Origin: Octopus bimaculoides
Lineage: Eukaryota
NCBI RefSeq assembly: GCF_001194135.2
Contig: NC_068990.1
Coordinates: 79,606,024-79,670,023 of the forward strand
Direction of reading: 5' to 3'
Length of the DNA: 64,000 bases
Shown: in pieces, positions 51,803 through 62,648 of the stretch
Layout: every line of letters begins with the position of its first letter
Numbering within the stretch: the first letter of the stretch is position 1
Notes under the pieces: generated by a model
What the model saw: only the letters and a program-made list of their open reading frames with translations
Database searches by the model: none
What the model was told of the DNA's origin: nothing
Position numbers and translations under genes: made by a program

Positions 51803-51936
51803 ATCTCGAGGAATTGTTAAAAGCTGGCGAATGTCCGTGAATATAATCTATTGTAGCTCAGTTTAAGGTCTTGGATATCATTGGATGTTGTTTACATGTG
51901 TAGTAAATATGCAATATAGATATATTTTCAACTTAC

Positions 51937-52005
51937 CATTATATTGCTTGTTGCTAATTAGGTCTTCTCCATATTTCTGGAGACAAGAAGACTTCTGTTT
52001 CTAAT
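51937..52005 (-). other. Predicted 69-nt upstream exon of ZNF-B
   Basis: Acceptor tatttcctAG (52007-06), donor ATG/GTAAGT (51937/51936), 113-nt intron to the coding exon. Confidence 0.6.
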
Positions 52006-52150
52006 CTAGGAAATATAGGTATGTTTAATAAATATCATACATGCTAAAACAATATATACTTTACATAAATAGCTCGTATGGGACATGTGGGTGAAACCGG
52101 CGTTCTACAAGTTATAACACAATGTTCAGACAACACAACTGTATGTGCGC

Positions 52151-52184
<34 letters not shown>

Positions 52185-53846
52185 TATATCGCGCGTGATT
52201 AGTAAATAATCATGTTCGTTCCATCACGGGAAATAGAAAAGTAGTGTTTGCTGCATGTTGTGATGGTTATCCAAATATGTGATTTGGAAGCCTGTTGGAA
52301 ATGTAAGAAAAGCTAATTTTGGTGATTAATACGAGATAATCATTACACGATAAATTCCTCACTACAAAAGGCACAAGGCTTGATATTACAGAATATAACG
52401 CAATGAGACAACACTAAGATAAAAAGTTACCGGTGTCGCTGTCAATTTTTCCTCCTTCCGAAAAGATACCCGTAACATAAGCTAACGTTAATTGAAGTTA
52501 CCAAGAAGTTGTCATTCATGATATTCACAGATAAACATGTAAAACTGAAACGATGTAATGTACTTTGTGCATTTACAGTGCTATACGGACATCAATTTGT
52601 TAAAATTATTATTTGTGTTATAACAACACTGTCATCTGTCGAGACTTGTCAATATATCGTTAGTTCCTCCTCACAGAACCTTGTGAATAAATTTGGTAGA
52701 CGGAAACTGTATGGAAGCTCACTGTGTGTGTATATATATGTATATGGGAGTAGTGATGTTTGTATGAAGTATTATCTGATGCATATAAATGTTTTTAATT
52801 AATTATTACTTTAAAAAATGGCAAAGCAATGCAACTTATAAGAAAAGTACCGATCGATGGTCAATACCATTACTTTGTATTTCAATATTTCAGGGTTGGA
52901 CTAGCCTCCTTCTTGAAATCTTCAGAGAAATATTGTTGTGAGATGAATGCAGGTAAAAAAAAAGTCACGGGGGTTTTGTCCGGGTCTCAAATTAATTGTG
53001 ACTTTTTTTTTCCTGTGACTTTATTACCGATCATCGAATACAGGGAAGTTCGCTAACACCACTATCGGTAGTGGTTCTCAAACGATGTGCTGTGGATTTT
53101 AAGACACATAACTTAACATTTTTGAAAATAAATTCTAATGCTTGAAAATATTGAAAAACATGTTGCATTTTATCTTGTTATACATATGGTTAATAGCATT
53201 AGGTCAACATGAAGTGCAATCACATCTAAAAATTTTGGGAATGCAAAATTAAATTTGAAATTTTTTTTTAACCTTTCAATGCGTAGTTCGCGAGTAATTC
53301 TATTATTTGATCTCCAGTAAACTACTTAATGAAAAACCATTCTAAGAAATAGCAATCAAATCTCCCTCAAAACCACATCTTTTGAAAACGTCTTCAAAGA
53401 AGGAAAATAGGTAATAGTCTGGGGTGTAGTCTGTTTTTTTTTTTTAATGGGAAGATCATAGCAAGAATACCTTTGGTTATTCCCTATTCCTAACTTCCTT
53501 TCTATAACCCACTTTCACTTCTAACGTTGGTAATTCAAAATGTTTCAATTACAAAGCCTGACTACTAAATCGTGACAGATAATCCAGATAACAGTACAGG
53601 GGAGATAACTCAAAGGAAATGACTGCTTTTAAAGGTTGTTATCACTTGAGGTTACTTTGTGGAACATCACTGTATTCTGATTTCTTTTATTTATGTCTGC
53701 TATAATAATTTTGTTGGATATAAATCTTAACATGATTGCTTGTACTATACTAACCCATTAAATATTTATAACGAACAGCTTACACACACATATCAGAATC
53801 AGAAACAAGAATACTTTGCAACTAGTCGCCGCAGAGCGTCAAATCG

Positions 53847-54130
53847 GTGGCGGACCTTGAAGCAATCCAGCATCACTACACAAAGAAGATTGATTCGGTG
53901 AAACAGATGAGATGCTGGGAGAGACTACAACTGAAGCTCTACTCTCTGGAGAGAAGGCGAGGAATCTATGCAGTGATATACATATGGAAGATCCTGGAAG
54001 GTCTAGCTCCCAACTTTGGAATTAAAAGCTATACCAACCATTGAACTAGATGGCACCGTATAATCCCAAAGATCCCGTCTTCTTCATCTCGGATAAGGAC
54101 CCAGTACTGCAACAGCTTGGGTTTCAAGGT
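53847..54130 (+). mobile_element. CR1-type LINE 3' end fragment
   Basis: DLEAIQHHYTKKI...WERLQLKLYSLERRR..YAVIYIWKILEGLAPN. Confidence 0.78.
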
Positions 54131-54559
54131 TGCTTTACCCAAGTTTTTCCTTAATCTTTGTGATATGTCGTCAGTGATTGGGGAGGCTGACCGGAAGAGG
54201 AGGCCTCGATCAGGATTCGTGCCTTTTTCGAACGGAGTCGTGGTCAGGAGAGGACGTGCTAAGTGACGGTCTAGGTTTGGGAGAAGCAGCTGCTATTCCT
54301 GGTGTTCTCTGGGTCGGGGCAAGCTTCAAGGGTTGGATACCGCAAGACAGACTCGCAGTCGACGAAAGGAAAACCGAGGTCAGGCGATTACATCTACTCG
54401 CACGCATACACCACAACCTTTTCATGTTTACGAATGAAATTCAGTCCCTATTTCAATAATAGTCGCTTCGTGTACTGTATCCTCCTGGTGAAGGCCATCG
54501 CATTTGTTACTCGCTTTGCAATCAGCTCTACACTACATATCTATTCTAATTTCCCCACA

Positions 54560-54910
54560 AATCTACACCTTTCCGTGCCACCAGACTTCCAGTTGCTTTT
54601 CCAAACCCTTCTAACTCTTCCTTTACAGGGATGATTCTTGACTTTCAGAAGCATGATATAGTGTGTCCCACCCCAAAGCAGGCAACATCTCTGACCCTGT
54701 CAAATATTATAACATTGCACTCACTTCTAACATCTCTAGGGTAATAAAGACGCCAATTTTTACCAATATCTTGAATCTCCCTTCAGTGACCATCTGTACA
54801 CCTTCCACAGAAACAACTCCACCGGAGATCTATTCTCTTATCTCACTAATAGGCATCCTGTTTGAGGTAAGTGAAATGACACAATAGCTAATACATTAAG
54901 CTGGATTTCC
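54560..54910 (+). mobile_element. CR1/Jockey-group LINE RT fragment
   Basis: HPKAGNISDPVKYYNIALTSNISRVIK resembles PKxGxxSxPxNYRPIALTSxxSKV. Confidence 0.65.
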
Positions 54911-55355
54911 TTAGTACCCGCTAGGATTTTTTTAATTCCATGTACCACGACGACGATTTTATTTCTTTGTTCGTTCGTGTTTCTTTCAGACCTTTAAAAT
55001 ACCTATGGTTTAACTAAAGCGTTTGACTCGAGCACAAAAACAAAAAATAGTGTAATAGGTGTAAAACAACTTCCTGCGAACGAATATGAAAAAAAAAAAA
55101 AAAAAAAAAGCGCGCTCGCGAACCACAAATATATCGATTCATTTAGGATAAGGCGCTGAAATTGTTTTATAGATACTTTTGATATTTTTCGAGTTAAATT
55201 GTGAAAGCTTCGATTAGCTGGGAGTAAGAATGATTTCAAAGAATGCGAATTGCAAATGTTTCTGAACACGGAGCTTTTGCACGTTAAAAAAAAATATATA
55301 TAAACAATATCAGTATAGCAATGTTGGAAGAGGCGACTTAAATGAAGATATTAAT

Positions 55356-55371
55356 GGCCCTGAAAAGGGCC
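55356..55371 (-). terminator. Histone 3' stem-loop of the H4 pseudogene
   Basis: Minus strand GGCCCT-TTTC-AGGGCC, canonical. Confidence 0.95.
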
Positions 55372-55398
55372 GGTATGTCTGAAAAATTTAATTTTAGT

Positions 55399-55605
55399 TT
55401 AACCTTTAAATCCATACAGAGTTCTGCCATAACATTCTGAAGAAATACCATCAACACACCGCGTATTTCTTCGTAGATCAAACCAGAGATACGTTTGACA
55501 CTACCTCGACGACGGATAGTGGGCATGGTGATACCATGGATGTTATCTCTCTCAACACCTTCCTGTAACGCCTAGCGCCTCCGGCAATCTTTCACGGCCA
55601 TTCAT
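55399..55605 (-). pseudogene. H4: Histone H4 pseudogene
   Basis: ATG AAT GGC CGT (MNGR) ... RKVLR ... [38 protein letters not shown] [about 80 nt deleted] GRTLYGFKG*. Frameshifts in the N-tail, a 9-nt LAR deletion and many substitutions. Confidence 0.95.
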
Positions 55606-55668
55606 GATAAAATATTTCTTACGATCAAATTTCAAGATAGACTAAGGTGTGTCACTAGAAAATATGTA

Positions 55669-56884
55669 CAGTGGTGCGGTGAATAAATTGTATAAATTAT
55701 GTAAAAATGAACATAACAGACATTTACCAAAATTACTATTCAATAAAATCGCCATTGGCTTCAACCACAGCCTCCAGACGACTTTGGAATTTCCTGCAAC
55801 ACTTCCGGACAGCCTCTTTGTTTAAGTTGGCGAATGCTACCATAATCCTTGCCCTCAGTTCATCTTTGTTGTTACAAGGAGTTTTATTGGTCTCTCGCTC
55901 AACTGCGCCCCACACATAATAATCAAGGGGGTTGCAGTCTGGGGAGTTAGGTGGCCAGATGTCAGGGGTGATGTGGTCGCAGAAATTGTCTGACAGCCAT
56001 GACTGGGTTTTCTTGCTTGTATGACATGGTGCAGAGTCCTGTTGCCAGATATAGGGTCTTCCAGCAGCCACCCTCTTGACCCAGGGTAGCACCACCTCCT
56101 CCAGATACTTGATGTAGACTTCCGTGTTGAGTGTGAGGTCGTGTGGGAAGATGACTGGAGGCATAACGTCACCATCACTAGTAATCACTCCAAACACCAT
56201 GATGTTGACTGGAGGTTTATCTATCGGTACACCCTTTGGGGACACTGCAAGCCAACGGTTGCTCTGTGTGTTCGTCTGATCCTGGCAGAAATCTTTCTCG
56301 TCTGAGAAAAACCAAAGCACGTCCGGTTGGAGGGGATGCTTGAGTTTATTCAAAAGCTTCGTAGCGCTGTCTTTTCTCTTGTCCTTGATGGCTTGGGATA
56401 AAAATTGGCCCTTTCTCATTTTGTAAGAGGAATACCGAATGTCTTCGTGCACTACCTGCCTGATAAGGCGCTCAGATACTCCAATGTCCCTGGCTATGGA
56501 CCTGTTTGACTTGGAGGGATCATTGTCAATAATGGCTTGGATCTTACAAACAAATTCAGGAGTTCTTTTCTTATCAGAACGATCAGAGTGAGTTTTCCGA
56601 GCTGCCGTACCCTCGTAATCACCATTAGATTCATCCAACTCTTTCCGAATCCTCTGCACTGTCCTCAGGTTGACACCCAAACACTCTGATATGTTCATAT
56701 TGGAGCTTCCAGCGCGAATGCCAAGCAGTACAGCATGTCGTTTCCATATTTCTGGCACAGTTAATTGCGTCATGGTGCCCAACTGACCCTACTAAACTGT
56801 GTAGTCGACAAAATCAAAATATAATGCGCATGCGCAAAATTAAAAAACAAATTAAAATAGCGACAATTTGTCAGTCGCACCCTG
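55669..56884 (-). mobile_element. Tc1/mariner DD37D (maT) element, ~1.2 kb, TA-flanked
   Basis: Imperfect TIRs CAGTGGTGCGGTGAATAAATTG / CAGGGTGCGACTGACAAATTG, with TA at 55667-68 and 56885-86. Confidence 0.92.
55736..56782 (-). CDS. DD37D transposase, 348 aa, open reading frame
   Basis: N-terminal HTH-like region; catalytic motifs WFFSDEK, WQQDSAPCH and SPDCNPLDY. I count 37 residues between the 2nd and 3rd Asp. Confidence 0.93.
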   Translation of the reverse strand: MGTMTQLTVPEIWKRHAVLLGIRAGSSNMNISECLGVNLRTVQRIRKELDESNGDYEGTAARKTHSDRSDKKRTPEFVCKIQAIIDNDPSKSNRSIARDIGVSERLIRQVVHEDIRYSSYKMRKGQFLSQAIKDKRKDSATKLLNKLKHPLQPDVLWFFSDEKDFCQDQTNTQSNRWLAVSPKGVPIDKPPVNIMVFGVITSDGDVMPPVIFPHDLTLNTEVYIKYLEEVVLPWVKRVAAGRPYIWQQDSAPCHTSKKTQSWLSDNFCDHITPDIWPPNSPDCNPLDYYVWGAVERETNKTPCNNKDELRARIMVAFANLNKEAVRKCCRKFQSRLEAVVEANGDFIE

Positions 56885-56933
56885 TATATAGTTAACTGTT
56901 AACAGACGTAGCAGAGAACACCTTAATACAAAG

Positions 56934-57065
56934 ATCACGTGATTTTGAACAGCCAATGGCCAGCTTTATCCCAGCAGCAGTAGCTTGGCGGGCAGCTGTC
57001 AAATTTAAATGTAAGAAATCTATCTTCCCGTTTTATCTTTCTTTGTCTAACGTTCCTTATATAAA
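56934..57065 (+). promoter_or_regulatory. H3 promoter: palindromic E-box, CCAAT box, TATA box
   Basis: ATCACGTGAT 56934-43, CCAAT 56953-57, TATATAAA 57058-65, about 45 nt before the ATG. Confidence 0.7.
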
Positions 57066-57100
57066 GTGTGACACTACAACGCAACTTATTCTTAAAGTGA

Positions 57101-57520
<420 letters not shown>

Positions 57521-57545
57521 GTTGCTAATGTGAACATCATAAAAT

Positions 57546-57561
57546 GGCCCTTTTTAGGGCC
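57546..57561 (+). terminator. Histone 3' stem-loop of H3
   Basis: GGCCCT-TTTT-AGGGCC, followed by a C run instead of ACCA. Confidence 0.92.
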
Positions 57562-58647
57562 CCCCCCCCTAGATTATTTTGAAAGTATGCTATTTGTTTG
57601 CCACTTACTTTTACTCATTTGTTTTAATATGTAATCTTGTAAAAATTTTGCGGTGATCTATTCTTCGATATCTCAGTTTACACTGCAGTTTTTTTTCGAT
57701 ATTTTTCTTACTGTACAACAGCGATTACTTTTTCTGAGTAAACCATCTGAAGCGTAAGATATTCGACACGGTCTGGCGTCGTTGTTTATTTTCGTGTTCC
57801 AATGTTCATTATGTATATTTATGTGTTTGTCCCCTACCGGTGCAGATGTATTTACGTCCCCGTAACTTAGCGGTTAGGCAAGAGACCGTTAGAATAAGTA
57901 CCAGGCTTTGAAAAAAAAAGTACTGGAGATTAAGGACAAAAAACAAATTGAAATTCAGAAGACCAAGGTCTGTCAGCTTGAACTCATCTATACAAGAAAT
58001 GGTTGTTTTGAATAATGCTTACGTACATTTGTAGCCTTTGCATTAACTAAACCCAATATCCTTTAACCGTTTGAAAATATATGTACCTGTTGGTAACATT
58101 ATGTAAGCGTGGAAATGAACCAAAGGTAAGAAGTTTACCCAAAATACTGTGCATCTTAAAAGTAACCTAACCTTATATTTGAAGAGTAGATATTAATTTT
58201 ATTGGAGTTTCGGATCAAGACGCCTACATACGTTTCGTTTTTGACTGATTTTCCCAATTTTTTTCACGACTGCCTTGGAATGATGGGCAATATTTTAAGC
58301 ACCTCACCCTTCGAACCGATTTTAGCCAATTTTTTTTTTTTCTTTCTGCACTACGCTTTAAAGACCATGGGAGAAGCCTTTTCGCCTCCTCGTTTGTCAT
58401 GTATTGTTTTTCAATATTTTTCTCCCCCGTAAGCATGCTATTAAAAATTTGAAAACCATTCATTTCAACCCTACTTGCCCCTCGTTTCTGTTTATAATTT
58501 TAAAATAGTGTAGATCCTGAAAAAATCATTATTGGGATTTATCTATAGTGGTTTAAAAGAGGTATGTGAAAGGATTCATTTTGGCGGAATTATTTTACAC
58601 TCTCAACCGTAAATCCTAAAAGCTCAGCTCTTTTTCGAATTTTATTT

Positions 58648-59057
58648 TACTCGGTGTTTGAAATACGGACAGTCCGAATTTTTGCTTCAATCCAGTAATG
58701 AACTCCCGCTTGGGTACATTATTCCAGTAAATGTATTTACTGAGAGAAAAATATTGAAAAACATCGCTACATATCTACCAAAGAAACGAGGAAAATATCA
58801 GGCGGTCGTGAGATGTGCTAAAATTAGCAGCTAAAAAAAGTTATATGGTGTGCTTAAACCAGAAATTTGTCTTTTTTGTGTGTGTGATTTAAGGGCGATT
58901 TAGTTGTTCTTAGCACTTCCTCGTTTCTTTGGCACTAACTTGCATTGAGATTTTTCAATATTTTTCTCTCCATAAACATTTAATGGAATGATGATGCACC
59001 CAAGGGTGGTCCATTGCTGGACTGAAGCAAAAAATTTGGACTGTTTGTATTTTAAAC
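58648..59057. mobile_element. Fold-back element with ~140-bp diverged inverted arms, abutting the H2B pseudogene
   Basis: TTTGAAATACGGACAGTCCGAATTTTTGCTTCAATCCAG...AAAGAAACGAGG is mirrored by CCTCGTTTCTTTGG...CTGGACTGAAGCAAAAAATTTGGACTGTTTGTATTTTAAA. Confidence 0.78.
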
Positions 59058-59092
59058 TAATTTTTTTTTAAATTAAAAAAGAGTGAAGTGGG

Positions 59093-59314
59093 GTGCATCC
59101 TGATACCGGTATTTCCAGAAAAGCCATGTCTATCATGAACGGTTTTGTCAATGATCTGTTCGAAAGAATAGCTTCTGAGGCTAGCCGTTTGGCTCACTAC
59201 AACAAACGTTCGACCATCAGTAGCCGTGAGGTTCAGACCGCAGTCCCTGGTGAGTTGGTCAAGCATGCCGTCTCTGAAGGTACCAAGGCTGTGACCAAAT
59301 ACACCAGCAAGTAA
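59093..59314 (+). pseudogene. H2B: Histone H2B pseudogene, 5'-truncated
   Basis: [73 protein letters not shown]. The N-terminal ~45 aa are missing and RLLL is deleted in frame at 59245/59246. Confidence 0.93.
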
Positions 59315-59335
59315 ATCTTCTGTGCAACAAATAAC

Positions 59336-59351
59336 GGTCCTTTTCAGGACC
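59336..59351 (+). terminator. Histone 3' stem-loop of the H2B pseudogene
   Basis: GGTCCT-TTTC-AGGACC followed by ACA, canonical. Confidence 0.95.
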
Positions 59352-60344
59352 ACATATTTTCATGATTGTAACTTCAATTCACTACTGATTTGCGATGAAG
59401 TTGTTTCGGTCCAGATGGACTATATGTAATCTGAACATTTCCCCCCTTGTTTTATTTTCTTTTTTTTACGGAATTCCACGTTTTAGGCTATGGAGATTCC
59501 GATTCTGAAAAAAAAATTTCAAAAATCTAATTTCAAAATTTCGATTCCTCCCCCCTGGTTTTTATATAGATCCACAGGGTAAACCTAACCCNNNNNNNNN
59601 NNNNNNNNNNNNNNNNNNNNNNNNNNNNNNNNNNNNNNNNNNNNNNNNNNNNNNNNNNNNNNNNNNNNNNNNNNNNNNNNNNNNNNNNNNNNNNNNNNNN
59701 NNNNNNNNNNNNNNNNNNNNNNNNNNNNNNNNNNNNNNNNNNNNNNNNNNNNNNNNNNNNNNNNNNNNNNNNNNNNNNNNNNNNNNNNNNNNNNNNNNNN
59801 NNNNNNNNNNNNNNNNNNNNNNNNNNNNNNNNNNNNNNNNNNNNNNNNNNNNNNNNNNNNNNNNNNNNNNNNNNNNNNNNNNNNNNNNNNNNNNNNNNNN
59901 NNNNNNNNNNNNNNNNNNNNNNNNNNNNNNNNNNNNNNNNNNNNNNNNNNNNNNNNNNNNNNNNNNNNNNNNNATTCACAAGATGCGATTTTTCCTTCGT
60001 AACTTTCAAGAAAATGGATATATATTGGGGGAAAAAAAAAAAAAACCCATCACCCTCCCCTCCCAATTCTACGGCCTTGGCCTTCAAGCAGGCTATTCAC
60101 ATGCTAGAAATAACAGCTAAATCTCAAATGAGCAAGACCATTTTCAGTTCCACAAACACCATGTTTTGCTCTAGTCAAACGATCCTTTTTAATTTCATTT
60201 TGTCACAGTATTTCTTTGCTATTTTTACTTTTCTTTTTTCAAAAGAGTTTGCTATTTTTGAAAACTTTCGGTAACTTTTTGTAACTTTCAAAAAAAAAAG
60301 AAGAAAGAAAAAATGAACAGTTCTATATTTAAGAGATGAATTAT

Positions 60345-60641
60345 TTACCTTTAGCAGATATTTATCCTCATCTTGTTAGTTGTTAACACAACGTTTCGGC
60401 AAATATACCCTCCAGCCTTCATCAGGTGTCTTGGATATTTCGAACCTGGGTTCTCATTCCTAAGGTACTTTTTCGATGTTGTTATTATTGGAATCGAGCG
60501 CGGGCTAGTAACCCCAAGATTGCGAGTTCGATTCCAAGCAGTGACCTGCATAATATTAATAATAATAATATCGAAAAATACCTTAGGAATTTTAACAACA
60601 AACAAGATAAGGACAAATATCCGTCAAATGTAAATAATGTG
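60345..60641. mobile_element. Second head-to-head pair of the tRNA/hammerhead element (partly deleted)
   Basis: The minus arm keeps the hammerhead but has lost most of the head; the plus arm keeps the head but has lost the hammerhead. Confidence 0.82.
60385..60430 (-). ncRNA. Minimal type I hammerhead ribozyme motif (best-preserved copy)
   Basis: GACAC CUGAUGA A GGCug-gaggguauau-uuGCC GAA ACGU U/GUGUU: stem I GACAC:GUGUU, intact core with one extra A, palindromic ACGU stem III. Confidence 0.7.
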
Positions 60642-62233
60642 AAAAAAAATGAACATTTTAATTTCGCATGAATTACTTTGTCATATTACTCTGAAAGAAA
60701 TCTTTGCAGAAAGATGAGTAGATTGATTACGTATTTCTTTCATTATGTTATCGCAGTTTTGTGAGATTTGGCTGTTACTTCTGGCATATGGATAGCCTGC
60801 TTGAAGGCCAAGGACGTAGAATTGAGAGGGTAGTTTTTTAAAAATTGAAATTTTGCAATTTTTTTCAGAATCAGATTCTCCATAGCCGAAAACGTGGGAT
60901 TTCGTAAAAAAAAAAAAAATTTATATCCATTTTCATGAAAGTTACGAGGGAAAAATCGGATCTTGTGAATTTTCGAAAGTCCACTCCCACCAGGTTTGTT
61001 TGCGCAATTCTTTTTCTCCTATTGATTTTCTACACAGTTGTTAACACCCAGCAAACTTTTTTTGTTGTTTTCGTTAACGGGTGAGGGTTAGGGTTAGGGT
61101 CTGGGAATTTTTCACAGGCGTTTTTGTTACATTTTCGTAATAATTTATATGTCCCACCATTTTTCTATCACATGAAATTCTAATATAATCTACAATCTGA
61201 AATGTCTGGAAATTTTATTAGAATAACCATTTTTCAGGAAGTTAGAAGGAAACCAAGTCAGGGGTGGGCATGGATACATCTGTGGTTGTGACCCGCCCAT
61301 CCCAAATTAAGCTGCTCAGCAATAACAGAAATCTGACTTTCAACCCTTTACAAGCGAAACGATTCGTTTCGCTTATTCAGGAAACCCGAGGCCATACTTG
61401 TACGTTCCCGTATTGATTTGCTTTTATTATTAATTCTGGAGTTGTACTTAGAGCCCCAAATATGTATAGGGGGTCGGAGCGTTCGATTCTTCAGTCAGTT
61501 GAGTACTTTAGTAAGGGTTTTCATTCTATATAACTACTCTATTAGCTGAAAACGAATACCAACTAGCTGTTAGTGAAGTCCTCTTCTCGTTACAACATCC
61601 TCGATGTTCCTCTAGTTGGGAAAGCCGTGAAGGTGCCTCAAGTCAACACAAAAAACAATAGCGAAAGCTACCACGCTACCGAGTAAATATGCTTATAAAA
61701 ATTCGGCGATGTAAGTACATATGAATCCGAAGATCGCTATAGTTGCTAACTGTTGTTCGTTTTAATTAAAATGTATGTAAAATGTAGCAATTATATCTCC
61801 TCAAAAAGACTCGATTGAATTCGAGACGTAATAAATACCGCAAGGGTATTTTCCCCGGCGTTTTACTATTATTATTGATTATTTTAACAGTCTGTTTTGA
61901 CATCGATTAAATTGATTAGTATTTTATTTTATAGATCTCATGAAGGGTGAAGTCTTTCGTTATTAATACCGACAATAGTTGATTACAAATTGCATTTTAA
62001 TAGGCTCGTAGTTTTTTTGTTTTAGGTAAAATTATCTGCACTGGCTAACAAATGGTAATCTTGCTTTTGAATTTAGCGCCTTACGAGTTCATTGGTGGAT
62101 GACAGTCAGGTGACAGCTCTAACTCCGCCTAATTAGCTGACTAACTGTTGAGACCTATAGCTTATTTAAACTGACGATAAGAACATAGAGCGCATTTTAG
62201 CTGTCTGCTACGTAACTGTAATCAACTCACATT

Positions 62234-62611
62234 ATGTCTGGACGTGGTAAAGGAGGCAAAGCAAAGGCAAAGAGCAAGACTCGCTCTTCTCGTGCCGGAC
62301 TTCAGTTCCCCGTCGGCCGTATTCACCGTATTCTACGCAAAGGAAACTATTCCGAACGTGTCGGTGCAGGGGCCCCGGTCTACCTTGCTGCTGTAATGGA
62401 ATATTTAGCTGCTGAGGTGTTGGAATTGGCTGGAAATGCTGCCAGAGACAACAAGAAGAGTAGAATTATTCCCCGTCACTTGCAGTTAGCAATCCGTAAC
62501 GATGAAGAATTGAACAAACTTCTGTCTGGAGTAACCATCGCCCAGGGTGGTGTTCTTCCTAACATCCAGGCTGTCCTTCTCCCAAAGAAGACCCACAAAG
62601 CAGCTAAATAA
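62234..62611 (+). CDS. H2A: Canonical histone H2A
   Basis: Full 125-aa SGRGKGGK...[12 protein letters not shown]...[12 protein letters not shown], intronless, 3' stem-loop, no SQ(E/D)Y tail. Confidence 0.98.
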   Translation: MSGRGKGGKAKAKSKTRSSRAGLQFPVGRIHRILRKGNYSERVGAGAPVYLAAVMEYLAAEVLELAGNAARDNKKSRIIPRHLQLAIRNDEELNKLLSGVTIAQGGVLPNIQAVLLPKKTHKAAK

Positions 62612-62632
62612 TTGCCTTGCTTTTCAACAAAC

Positions 62633-62648
62633 GGCCCTTATGAGGGCC
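62633..62648 (+). terminator. Histone 3' stem-loop of H2A, variant loop
   Basis: GGCCCT-TATG-AGGGCC followed by ACCA. Confidence 0.9.

Noticed and set aside
54178-54634. GC-richer ORFs of 71-110 aa between LINE fragments
   Set aside because: No motif recognised; probably more retroelement debris.
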